In this document: positions 15,691-32,082 of the stretch, piece by piece | How the letters are laid out: every line of letters starts with the position of its first letter | How positions within the stretch are numbered: the stretch's first letter is position 1 | NCBI RefSeq assembly: GCF_009914755.1 | Contig: NC_060931.1 | DNA: 64,000 bases | Reading direction: 5' to 3' (one strand) | DNA from: the human T2T-CHM13v2.0 reference genome, Homo sapiens | Notes under the pieces: model-generated | What the model was told of the DNA's origin: nothing | What the model saw: only the letters and a program-made list of their open reading frames with translations | The model's database searches: none | Translations under genes and position numbers: made by a program

Positions 15691-18125
15691 AGAATGACCA
15701 GAACTCTGACTTTAACTCACAGGAAAGCAAGTAATTAGAATACGAGGTAAGGGCTGTGATTAAAGCATATACAAGGATTGCTAGACCTTCTCTGGAGGTG
15801 TAAGCAATCATTTCCAAAGAAGTGATATTTGAGCTGGGTATTGAATAATGGGAGCACATTTTCCAGGTGGTCAAGAAGGTAAAGGATATTTCAAGGCAGA
15901 GGGAATAGTGTGGGCACCAGGGAAGGCTGTGTGTCTGAGAAGTTGTGGTGGTTTAGTGGTGTTGGGTTGAAACATGGATCTCATCTTGGGAGAGTAGGTA
16001 GTGAGAGCTGAGGCCAGGGAGGTCAGGGCTGGATCACAAAGTGTATTGCATGCAAGGTGAGCCGGCAGCTTGGATTCTATTCTCTGGGCCACTGGGTACC
16101 ACTGATGTGTATGAGGAAAGGGAGTAACAAAGTCAGATGTACCCTTTATTTATTTGAGACAGGGTCTTACTCCATCCCCCAGGCTGGAGTGCAGTGGTGT
16201 GATCATAGCTCACTGCAGCCTTAAACTCCTGGGTTTAAGAGATCCTCCTGCTTCAGCTTCCCCCTTGGTTTGGAAGGGATCAAATAGACAGAAAAAGGAA
16301 TTGGTGGGTTGGGGGATTCTTATAATCACCTGGGCTAGAAAGGACATAGGTCCAAGCTTGGTTAAGGCTACCACAGTGGGGACGGAGCAGTGGAGATAGC
16401 TTGCAGAGATGTTAATACCTCTGTGATTTTCCTAAATATGTGTCAGGTACTCACGTTTCTGACCAGACAGCCACCCCTCCACAGTCTCCAGTCTCCGTAT
16501 GGCAGGGCATGACCTCCAATGGGCCACAACTGCTAAATTAAGTATCATGAACTACTGTCATCATTAATGCAAACACACAAGACAGCTTTAGAAATCCTGG
16601 CAGTGCTTTCTGGCAAATGTAATGAAAAACTTAAATAATTATTCCATGTAAATAGATTTCATATGAGCTCTTCTTTTGGTAGGAAGGAAGGGAGAAAAGG
16701 TGGGAGAATCCTGTGATTTATGGCTTTGAGTGGTACAATGAATTAGGCCAGGCATCCCACTGTGAGTCTGAGCCTGCCTTGGCCTGCATTATGAGGTTGT
16801 TAGATCATTTTGAGCAGCGTGGCTCAGGTGACCTAATGCAGGCGTGAGAGAAAAGGTCATTAAAATCTGCCACACTGTAGGAACTCTCTAAAAAGAGACG
16901 CAAAGGCTGGCTTCGCAGAGTAGCGGCATTTCTCTTTGGGATACAAGGTGTTCTATCACTTAGGGAAAACTGAAAACCAAAGTGATAATGATGGGAAATA
17001 AATTGATGGCCTCAAAAGGAAGGGTTGCAGAAGGAGGAGGGAGATAGGGGAGCTACCTACAACCCGTGGCAAAGGCTCCTCCTGTAAGAGAAATAATGAA
17101 TGAGTTAATATCAAGTAGGAAATATTGACTTATGTGCATGAGATTCAAAATTACAATATCTGAATCTGCACTGCCAATGTAGTCCAATGGAGACAACAAC
17201 TGGGAGTTAGAGGCTGAGCTATTAATCCTAGTTTAAGACACTTGAGCCTGCTTCTTCACTACTGCTAAGCCTTTGTTTCCTAGTATGCAAAATGAATACC
17301 TATTCCAATAGGTAATTTTGCGTGTCAAGTGTGATTATATATTGAGAAGCTGTGGGTGTATGTATTCCCATGTATTTGCTCACAGGAAATTGTGAGCTTA
17401 ACCTGGAAGACAGAGGAAGGCAAGTTCTTACCTGTCTGCTGGAGAATACCAAGAGCCCTGAACAGAAGGGCTGAAACCTAGCCTGGACTATTCTTTGAAG
17501 CCCTATACCTGGTGAAATTAAAGTATTTAATGCTCTATGCTCTGAGAAATAGACTAATATAATAAAGCTTTCTGATGTTTTTCGGGGGGAACCCAAGGGT
17601 AAGATCTTAAATTTGAAGCGATGTATTCCACGGCAAACCAGCTTGGGGTGAGAAGGGCAGATTAGAGTGGGACATCATAGACTTTATCTGTGCCTCAGAG
17701 AACTATGTCCTGGATGTTGGGTGGAGGAGATGCCTTCCTGGGCATTGCCGATGTTGGGGGAGAGGCTGACTCTTACAAGCTGGCTAAGATCCACCAAACC
17801 AAGGTGGCTGACTCTTGCAACCTGGTGTCATTCCAGGACCTTCGGAATGAGGGTTCTACTCTTCAGGGGCCAAGTCTGTGCATCTGAGAACAGCTACAGC
17901 TAGTCTATAGAAGGAAGTTGTCCACATTGTCATACTCTTTTGTTAATTTCAAGCCTTTCTTGAAGTCCGTCAAGCACTATAGTCTGGCTGCCTGGCTTCC
18001 ATTGTGGGGAAGAATGGTGGAAAAGCTATGGCCACACCTGCGGTGATTCAGGGAACAGCAGTAGCTTATGAGAAACAGTAGAGAGGCAGCTGCCACCATC
18101 TTGAGTGTATCACCTGAACTCCCCA

Positions 18126-19560
<1,435 letters not shown>

Positions 19561-19619
19561 CTGTTCATGCTTACTTTCCAGGTGAGGCTCTCTAGAAACC
19601 TCAACTCAGAAACATCACT

Positions 19620-19920
<301 letters not shown>

Positions 19921-20686
19921 CAGGGCTATTCGTCTTATCAGAGATTTACTGCCTCAAAGAGGAAGGAAACAACTTTATATGGAAAGATATTTTAAAAAAT
20001 ACATAGCAATCCATTTTACTTGAAATAAGACTGTTTTTACCAGGATCCAGTACTACACTGAACTATAAACCAGAACTAACCACATTAATTTACTGAACCC
20101 AGGCAGAACCAGTTCCAAGTATCACTTTTATTTTTAGTGAATCATAAACCAAATCAAAGTTGTTTAAAACATTATGAATATAAGTATTCCATTAAAATTA
20201 CAACCAAACCAATGTGTCTTGTAAAATAATTTTTGCCATATTACAAATTATTATACTAGAAATATTTTGCTGTTCTCTAAAATGAATCTGAAAAAAAACC
20301 TCATAAATAAATAGTCATTTGTTCAAGCCCTTTGGGGTACATACTAATTCATTCCAAATTGATTGGTAAGATGGTAAGAAATACATTATTTATATGAACT
20401 GAGGGAGGACATGTCACTTCACACACCAGTCCCCAATAAGCCCTAAGCTCTTTTTCTATCAAAGGAGCTATACAAATTCTTGTTATATGTCACATGATAT
20501 ATTAGAAAGATTCAGGATTTTAGAGTCTCGTAGACTGGGATGATTGTCACAACCCATTTACTCTGAGATCTCAGAAAATTTATAAGACTTCTCTTGGTTC
20601 ACTTTGTCAGTAGTAAAATGGAAAAGAAAATATGCCAACTTCATAGCATTTGTTTGTGTGTGCATGGCTGTGGGTATATGTGTTCG

Positions 20687-20830
20687 AGAGAGAGAGAAAG
20701 AGGGAGGGAGAGAGAGAGAGAAAGAGTGACAGAGAGAAAGAGAGGAAGGAGGAGGAGGGAGAGAGATACAGGGAGGAAGAGAGGAAGAAAGGGAGAGAAG
20801 GAGGGAAGAACGGAGGAAAAGAGAGAGAGA
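20687..20830. repeat. GA-rich simple repeat
   Basis: (GA)n/(GGA)n run. Confidence 0.9.
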
Positions 20831-20882
20831 GCACTTGTTGCAGAGATGGCTAGTTTTGCTCTAAAACATGCACTTTCCTTTA

Positions 20883-21270
20883 TGTAATATACAGTTGTTT
20901 CTGGGTGGCATCTAACCAGGTGATGCATTTGCTGGTTCTCATTTTGTATCCAGGTGAGGCTGGAACTACGCTCACCACATGGACAGGCGTGATCTCTGTA
21001 CATATGAGCCAACACAGTTACATGACTGGATGCCTCCTCCACATCATGTTCTCTTGCCTGCTAACTGGGAGAAAACTGAAGAAGACTCCAGGATCCTGGG
21101 AGATAGAGGTGGAGCCCACAGATGGAATAAAACCAAGTCCTGGATTCACTGTATGGAAGAAATATACGCATTAACCAGGAACATCTACAGTAGATAATTA
21201 GAGGAGAGTGATGATCCACGGAGATTAGGCGGGTTTATTTGTTATAGCAGCTAGTGTTACCCTATTACAG
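20883..21270 (+). mobile_element. Old MLT1 LTR
   Basis: 3' end tttgttatagcagctagtgttaccctattaca is typical of MLT1I/J. Confidence 0.5.
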
Positions 21271-21633
21271 AGTCAGAGGAAATAATGTATATAAAATAAG
21301 CCCAGTGTCTCGCAGATAACCACGTTCAATAAATGTTTTTGTTTGTCCCTTTGAATGAATGGAGGATATCTACCTATCTTCTACCTATTCAGAATCTCAC
21401 ATGAGGCAGCACATTTAGCACACTTGTTTACTTGTAATCTTCCATGCTTATCTTTGTGAGTCTGTTTGAAAAGCTGGATAAACAGCAATGAGTGACATTT
21501 GCTTATATAAAGCACATGTCTCCTTTTAAATTTCATGTTAGTATTGGTATTTGTGCTGCATATTTAGCATCACCAAAAAAGGAGAATGGGGTTATGAAAA
21601 AGACTTAAATGCTCCCATAGAAAAACTCATATC

Positions 21634-23323
<1,690 letters not shown>

Positions 23324-25527
23324 AAAACTCACTTTTAAAGAATAGCGTCTTAAGCTTCAGGGCTTAAAGCCCAAAACTTTATTGGGGAGTGCAATCCCAG
23401 GGTAGAAGGAGTCAGCCCAAAAGGAGGGAGAGCAAATATAAGGAAATGTGTTGCTAACTTTTCACAACTTCAGTGGTGATGATATCTCAGTTTCTCGGGT
23501 TGTCTTCAGAGAGGCCACGTTGCCAAGAGGGAAAAGGATGAAAGAATTGATCTGTTGACATCTGTCTTCCATTGTTAAAAGTTTGCCCAGCATTTTGAGG
23601 CTAAGTGCTAAGTGGGTTCTGAGGCATCTTGCACCTCAACAGCAATGTGGGAGCCCCAGAACGGTGGAGGGAGAGGTAACAGGGCACAGGAATGAAGAAA
23701 GATGCTCTTTGGCCATGCCCGCTTGTGACACGGGGACCAGTATTAGCTGCCACAGTGGTGCTAGGTCTGTAGAGGCAGTCATACCTTGCAACAGAGACTT
23801 CCAGGACCACGAGAACTTCAAGTCATACCTAGGGCTGCCTCAGCCAAGAAATAAGGCAATGCAGTGAATCCAGGGCCAATAGCAAGTCTGCAGGGATTGG
23901 GGTTTTCAATGAAAGCTTCTGTAATGGTACATTAAAATTAAATTTTGCTGAGGCATATACTAAATGGTGAGATGTGAGACCACTCCAATGCAGGATATAA
24001 ACTCAGGTCCCTTGTCCTTCCAAGCCTTGCCTTTTCCATAGTTCCCCACTGGTTGTTATAGAGTGCAATACTGGCTTCAACAGTCACCATCATGGCAGAA
24101 GAAGGTGGGTCATCTACAAGCCACACTTCAAGTTTCCAGTGGATTGGGCATGGAAGTTTAATTGCATTTACTGCAGAAGCAAGTGATGATGATAAGTTTG
24201 TGGTAAATGTGGACCGGGTGGGGGTCACAGGGTGGGGTTGGGTATGAAAAGATCATGGCTGTATTGCATTCCTGTCCTTCTTTTTTATCCACTGCTCATG
24301 AGTGCCAGGCATAATAGGATTAAGTAGCATCTTAGAGGTACCCTTGGATATTGGGGCATAGCTCTTTGCTTCTGTGTGTGCTAGAACCCTCTTGGGAGCT
24401 AGGTCTCCTGTGCCTACCTTCTCCCTCTTCACTACAAGGCTACACGTTCGTTTTCAGTTCCAACAGTCCAAAACCACCTGCTCTTCACTTTTCCCAGGTT
24501 TCCGAGGCAAAAAGCAAGCAGCTTTTTGAGGGGAATGAGGTGGGAATCGAGGGTTCCCCCATCAGCGCCCTGGGAGACATTAAAGGGGAAATTTAGCCTA
24601 AGTAATGGTTGAAACCTGTAGCTCAGAGAACTACAAAACTACAGCCTGGGACACTTTGAACATCTGCTCTAGAAAGATTTTGTGGATTTTTTAGATTCAC
24701 TTTGGGTTTTCATGGGAAAACTCAGGGAATGGAAGATGTTAATTTCTTATCTGGGTCACTTAACATCTCATTGCCTCTTCGTGTTTTTAACTTTCCCAAA
24801 GTGTTGGTTTGAAGTTCCTTAAACATTGATGCTTTGCTCTGCTGTTTTGGGGAACTTACACTGTTTATGAAGTCATATGACTGATTCTATTTATGTTTGA
24901 AGTATCTGGTTAAGCAGTTTTCCCTGAATCTCCAAGCAGTTATCAGATTTGGTAGCTGAAGATCTTAGCTTTATAGGATATGAATAACTCTACTGTAGGG
25001 GATGAATAGGGATAAAAGAAAAAATCTTACACAACCAAAAGTCTACTTATTTGGGGGCATTTCTGTGAGTTTGTTCTTTGTTATGGATAAGGTACAGATT
25101 CAATCTGTTCAGTTATTTCAGGAGCATTCAAGTCTCCTATTTCTTCTTGAGTAAGCTGGATAAACTTTTTCGCCCCAAGACAACGTCCATTTCTTCTTCT
25201 AGGGTGTTTCTAGGGTGTTTCTGATTTTCTTACTATGTACATCATCTCTCGTTATCTTTATTTAATCTGTTCTTTTGTAAAGTTTGTTTTAATTAAAAAT
25301 ATTTTTTAAGAGACAAGGTCTCACTGTGTCTCCCAGGCTGGAGTGCAATGGTGCAATCATGGCTCACTGCAGACTTGAACTCTGGGCTCAAGCTCTCCTC
25401 TTGCCTCAGCCTCCTGAGTAGCTGGGACTACAGGCTTGTGCCATCATACCTGGCTAATTTTTAAAATTTTTGTAGAGGGTCGGGCGCAGTGGCTTATGAC
25501 TGTAATCCCAGCATTTTAGGAGGCTCA

Positions 25528-25869
<342 letters not shown>

Positions 25870-26622
25870 TTAAAGGTGTGAGCCACTGCACCCAACCTGT
25901 TCTCTTCAAGTTATGCCTTTTAAAATCATGGTATTATGCCTTTTCTCCCTTTTTCTTAAATGCTGTCAATGGAATATTTGTTTATTTATTTTTATTACAT
26001 CTACGTCTGGTGTAAAAAATGCTTTGATATGCATGTACATAGTGAAATGATTATTATGGACAAATTAAGATATTCATCATCCCACATAGTTAGCTATATT
26101 TCATGGTGAAAGTACCTAAAATCTACTTTCTTAGCAAATTTTCAGTATACGGTGCAATACTATTAACTATAGTCCCGATGTGTATCAGTTCTCTAGACTT
26201 ATTCATTCTATATAAATGTAACTTTGTACACTTTGACTTCCATCTCCCCATCTCCCCACTCCCCTGCCCCTGGTAACCACTGTTCTATTCTCTATTTCTA
26301 GATATTCAAGAGTTTTGTTTTTTTTCTTTTAGATTTCACATATAAGTGAAATCATGCAGCATTTTTCTTTCTGTGTCTTTCCCAAGAAGTTATTTTTCGC
26401 TTTGACAATTCTTTCTATTGCATCTTTATTTTAGAATTCATTCCTTTCATCTTCTATCTTTATTACTTTCTTCCTGCTACTTTCTTCAAGTTTATTCTGT
26501 GTTCTGTCACTAACTTCTTACAGTAGATGATTTGGCCATTAATTTTTACTCTTTATATTTTTTATATAAGCAGTTAGGATTATAAATTTCCCTATGAGCA
26601 TTGCTTTAGTGTATACTAACAC

Positions 26623-29600
26623 TTTTTTTTAACGGAAAACTAGCTTTATTTTAAAATTAAGTGCATAGCACTCATCTAATTCCATTCCAAGGTCTAAAGT
26701 GTAGACTTTAGCACCATACTTGCTATTTGCAATTCATGTCATAACACCAATACATTTTGGTTTGCAGTCTGTACTTGAGTAGTGTTTATTTAATGGACTT
26801 TGGTAAAATCCTTCATACATATTAATCTCTTCACAGTACACATTTAATGATGGTCCAATAATCTACAAAAAAAGCCTAGTTCAAAGACTAATCAATAAAT
26901 TAAACAAAACAAAACCCACACAATGCTCCCCCACCCCGAAAGCTAGCAGTTGTGAGTTGTATTTATATTGAAACCTAATGTTTTAAAAATAGTTCTGGTT
27001 CTTCAACCACCCCATCCCACCCCGGGTATGCAGCAATAGTAATTATTTTATTCTACTCTCCCAAAAGATTATTAATCCAGTGTTCTTTGGCTTTTTAAAA
27101 TATAAATTGGGAAAGTGTTATTAATAAGCTTTTTTGAAAAGATATTATTCTAAAACAAGAATAGCATATAAACCAATCAATAAAAGTATTTGATAAGACA
27201 TGAAGTTGCCACAGGCGCTGCCTGTTGTTTCAAGTCAGGATCTCCATCCCAATATCTCACATTCATACCATTACTGAGGTAGTTAAAATACGGAAAATTG
27301 GACTCCAGGTTGCTGAGTTCTGAATGTGAATATGAAAGATATATTCTCTTTTGAGCCTACTTTCCCCCAAACAATTCAAGTTTTCTTGAGGTAAGAACTA
27401 CCAAAATCCAATTAGCAGGCTTCTTTAAAAAGGAAAAGTGATGGTACTTTCAAAAAACAATTTTCATGCTTAAAAACTGCCATGAGTGGGTGTTCTTACC
27501 TGAGTGCTTTTTCATTTTATCTACCAGACTAATAAATCCACATTATGCCCTATGTACTCTAAAAGTTATTTTCTTTTTAAGGAAAGCATATTTTTCTAAG
27601 CATACATGCTGGCAGAAGCTACCCACCCACATTCATCCCCGGAAGCCATCTGGATCACTCCATCACTGTGTTGAGCCCCTTCCCTTCCTAACAAAGGCCA
27701 CTGGCTTGATTACTGAGACTCCTGCTGCATACCCACATCTTTATAGTAAGCTTGTCTTCAATGCATATTGTGACAGTCACATATCTGCCATGCAGATTCC
27801 CTTCTATTCAAGTGCTATCTTAAAAAAAAAACACATAAAAAGACATAGCTTACTAATTTTTAAACCAGAAAGCTTCCCTCCAACAAATCTTTCTTCCCCC
27901 ACAGAAACGAGCACAATGTATACACTTTATCAGTTATTACAGTGACTTTTTAACCTTTTAAGGTTATTCCTCCAAAATGCTTTACCCCCAAACTGCCCTT
28001 GCTGTAATGACAATTATTGCTGTTTGCAGTTAATACCAGTACAGTGAAATGTCCCAGGGCAGTTGCAGGGTCAATCCAATGAAAGTAGCTACTGAAATTT
28101 AGTCTGTACCTTTGCCTGCTTAGACGGACTAGCTGGCTTCAAAGGTTGCTTAAAAAACCTGTCTTCCACATAACAAAGTGCTGCTCTAGCACAACCTGAG
28201 AACTTCCCTGGCCACGGTCCCCTCCAAAATAAACCTACTTTATTCTAGCACCAACCTCTTACAGTTATGCCTTCCCTTGAAATAACTTTTTAAGAATGTC
28301 GATTCTGAGTATAAATCACGGATTGCACTGAGAAAGGCAAAACCTACATATGTATTATGAAACACAGGAACTACCACTTCATTCTGAGCTATAATATTAT
28401 GTTCTTATTTGAAAACACACCCTAGCAAGAGTATTTTAATCTATGTTATAAAGGTAGTTCACACTATAACATTTCCAAGGCTTGTTGCATTACAGTTAAG
28501 TGTTTCCAAGTAGTACAAATTCCCTGAGTTAAATGTGTTTTAATTCTAAAAATTTGATGTTGATCACTTAGGGAAAAAAGAAAAATTATGACCGTGATTT
28601 TAAAAATAAGAGATCTACTCCACCATTAATTTTAGTATATAAATCCAGATACCTATACTATTTATGAGAGGAAGTTATATAGAATCATCTAAAAAAAATT
28701 TTTTACTGCACAGATTGGTATAGCATAACAATTCATGAGTTTAAACTTAGTTCTAAAATCATGTGTAGAACAAAAAAATTTGCAGAATAAAAAACCTTTT
28801 CAAAAATTAATACTGTAACTTTCCTTCATAAAAGACTGTTTGGCAAGTCCACAGATAAGGTAAACATTTAGTCTTTTACTTAGAAGCCAACATTAGGCCC
28901 AGATGCTACCACAGGTCAAATCTCAAAATGGCAAATTGGAGTCTGTCCAAATTTTCTGTTGTATTGAATATTTTCGCAATATTTGGACCATCAGCCAGGA
29001 CTTGAACATTTTTGTCATACAGGGATTTGTTTTAACAGAATTTGACACACCGTTAATTTGCTTAGTCCTCCCAGGATTCATGGTGCATTAAAAGGGATAT
29101 TCAGTCTTCCTGGAGCTGGTACCTGAAGAGTTCTGATGTCACTTAGATCCCCTTCCTTTTGAACAGAAGTTTACAAAACGCTCACCCATAGTCACAAAGC
29201 AGTCTGGGTCAGTTATCAGCTTCACACATAATCACCTTTCAAAACACGAAGTAATACAAGGGTAATGTTTATTTATCTGATAACTCCGGTTATAAGAAAC
29301 ACTCAGACAGGGCTTAACTTCTACTGGTATTGCCAGTGACATTCCAATACTAGTCTGCATGTGCCCAAGGCCCTGAACACTAGCTTGGAAGCCAGCAGGA
29401 CATGTCTGTAGTGTGTAAGATGAAGTGTGTGTGGTCGATACAATATGCTGACAGCTTGGTTGTTCTGACTAGGATGGCGATACTGCAGTGAGGTCTGAGG
29501 TGTCTGATGGAGATATTGAGGTTGCTGAAAATGAACTAGCCGTGAGGGCTGGGAGGCTTTCTGGAACACACTTAGTTGTGCTGACTGAGGTCCTGCTTGC

Positions 29601-30583
29601 CCTCTCCGTTTGTTTGCTTCTTTCACATCATTATCGTGAGCGATCAATAGCTGCTCAATACACTGCACTAAGAAATCCCAAGAGTAAGCAGTAAGACGAT
29701 GCAGTCTTGTAGGCCACGTTGGAGAAAGACGAAGTATAATCCTCGCAGAAGCCACATACGCAGCAGCTACTAAAGGTGCATACTTTAGAAAGGCGTAATC
29801 TTACAAAGATACTTCCAGGAAGTAATCTGCATATTTGGCCATTTAGAATTTAGTCTTTTCCAAGCAAATCATTGGCCAGCCGTCATGAAGATCTGTTTTG
29901 TGTTCTGCTTCAGAGAGATAATACTCAATGAAATGGGCGGCTGTTGGAAGGCAGGGGTTCCACTGAAAGGTTTCTAATAATAATAGTTCCATATGTAGCA
30001 AATTTTGTTTTGTTAATACTAGATTCATATTAGTCATACAACCCAGGCTGTTGAGCTGCTCCAGCTTAGACACACTTTCTTCTTTTTCTTCAAATTTACT
30101 TGCTAGAAGGAGGCAGGAAAGCGCAACTCAATGCAGCTGCTGGATAGAGATGTCATAGCGGTCCATGAACAGGTCCAGTAAACTAGACAGCAAGATGGCG
30201 GGCAGAAGGGCAAAGGCATGGAAGCAATTGCTCACAGTGGCAAATCAAGTCAGCAAAATACCGTCTGAGACTTAATTGAGGGGACTGGCCTTTATAGGAG
30301 GGCAACTTCAGCTCCCTGTAGCGAAGTGCTTGGTGAATGTCGGCGGCCAGCTGTCCTCGCCACCACTGCCCCTCCAACTCCATGGGACCCGGCGGCGCGC
30401 CCAGCCCGACGCTGTAACTTGAGTCCGGAACCGCGGCCCTCACAGCCCCAGCCCCTCCGGCGTGCTGGGGACGCCAGCCCCGCTCACGCTGCAGACAGTC
30501 TGCTGCTAAGCGCGGGTCTCAGCTCTGGCCTAGCGACTGGACGCTCGCGCTGCCGGTTGTTAAAGGACCGGCAGGCAGCTCCC
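26623..30583 (-). pseudogene. Processed pseudogene (retrocopy) of cyclin J, CCNJ; full-length mRNA copy
   Basis: Minus-strand frames give [83 protein letters not shown] and [30 protein letters not shown], matching cyclin J without introns. ATG at 30383-30381; terminal CFER-TGA at 29234-29232. AATAAA at 26650-26645, poly(A) at 26630-26623. TSD agtg[t/c]atactaaca at 26608-26621 and 30584-30597. Which numbered CCNJP locus this is cannot be told from the sequence alone. Confidence 0.96.
29232..30383 (-). pseudogene. Disabled CDS of the CCNJ retrocopy (1152 nt)
   Basis: Premature stops at 30185-30183 (TAG), 30130-30128 (TGA), 29845-29843 (TAA) and 29803-29801 (TAA); frameshifts near 30245, 30215, 30183 and 29470. 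Confidence 0.93.
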
Positions 30584-31402
30584 AGTGCATACTAACATTT
30601 TTAATGTATAAGATGTTATTACGGTTCAGTTTCAAGTAATGAAACATTCCCATGTTAATTTCTTCCTTGACCCACGAATTAAAAAGTGTGTGATTTTCAG
30701 AATAAAAAGATCTTTATAAAGTATGTTTTTGAAATGTCTAAATGCATGAGTTTTAGTTACCTTTTTATTGCTGATTTCTAATTAAATTTTGGTGAATGTG
30801 GTCTATTAGATGCCAGTACTACGAAAAATTTAAAGAACTTTCTGACTCACAGTGCAGTCAGTTTTTATAAATGTTTCGTGTGTGGTTGAGAGGAATATGA
30901 TTCCCCTAATTGTTTGGTGCAGGGACACGCATATGCATATTCATTAGGTCAAGCTTGTTAACTGTGTATTTCAACCCATCCGTAATTTACTGCTTGCTTT
31001 ATTTATTCCTAGGAAAGGTGTGTTTTCCTATTCCACTCTGTTGATGGATTTGACAATTTCTCATGTAGTTCTGTAATTTTTCTTATAAATGAGGTTGGGC
31101 TACTAATAATGAACTAATTATTACTAATAAAATGATCTTCCTGGCGAAGCAAACCCTTGATCATGATAGCAATCCTCTTTACTCACAATAATATTTGCTT
31201 GCTTTAAAGTTTATTTTCTCTGATATCAGTAAACTATGTGACTTTTTTTGTCTTTTAAACTCTCATTTGTATACTAGTGTATATATATGTGTGTGTGTAT
31301 GTATGTATTTATAAACTCAATCTGACATTCTCTATTAACTGGTAGATATTAGTACTCCATTACATTTACCGATATATTTAATCTTTCTGGCATTATAGTT
31401 TC

Positions 31403-32000
31403 TTTATTATTATGATTATTTAAGTTCTGAGATACATGTGCAGAACGTGCAGGTTTGTTACATAGGTATACATGTGCCATGGTGGTTTGCTGCACCCATC
31501 AAGCCGTCATCTACATCAGGTATTTCTCCTAATGCTATCCCTCCCCTAGCCCCCCAATCCCCCACAGGCCCCAGTGTGTGATGTTCCCCTCCCTGTGTCC
31601 ATGCGTTCTCATTGTTCAACTCCCACTTATGAGTGAGAACATGTGGTGTTGGTTTTCTGTTCCTGTGTTTGTTTGCTGAGAATGATGGCTTCCAGCTTCA
31701 TCCATGTCCCTGCAAAGGACATGAACTTATTCTTTTTTATAGCTGCATAGTATTCCATGGTGTATATGTGCCACATTTTCTTTATCCAGTCTATCGTTGA
31801 TGGGCATTTGGGTTGGTTTCAAGTCTTTGCTATTGTGAATAGTGCTGCAATAAACATATGTGTGCATGTGTCTTTATAGCAAAATGATTTATAATCCTTT
31901 GGGTATATACCCAGTAATGGGATTGCTGGGTCAAATGGTATTTCTGATTCTGTAGATCCTTGAGGAATTACCACACTGTCTTCCACAATGGTTGAACTAA
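31403..32000 (-). mobile_element. L1PA 3' fragment
   Basis: gatacatgtgcagaacgtgcaggtttgttacatagg...ttccacaatggttgaactaa. Confidence 0.92.
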
Positions 32001-32082
32001 CTTTCTTTTCTAAAGGTAAGCAGTTTTTAAAATGTTTTTTTCTTGCTGATGATGTCAGAGCTATGAATTTTTATTATGAAGG

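Noticed and set aside
27275-27286. TGAGGTAGTT as a let-7-like miRNA gene on the plus strand
   Set aside because: Only the seed matches and I see no hairpin partner; it is the complement of a target site in the CCNJ 3' UTR.
27466-27945. 159-aa plus-strand ORF
   Set aside because: Antisense to the CCNJ 3' UTR, no recognisable protein features; compatible with chance.
30183-30443. Truncated cyclin J peptide ORF (86 aa) as a functional retrogene
   Set aside because: It frameshifts after FADLI and stops early in the cyclin box; further stops follow.
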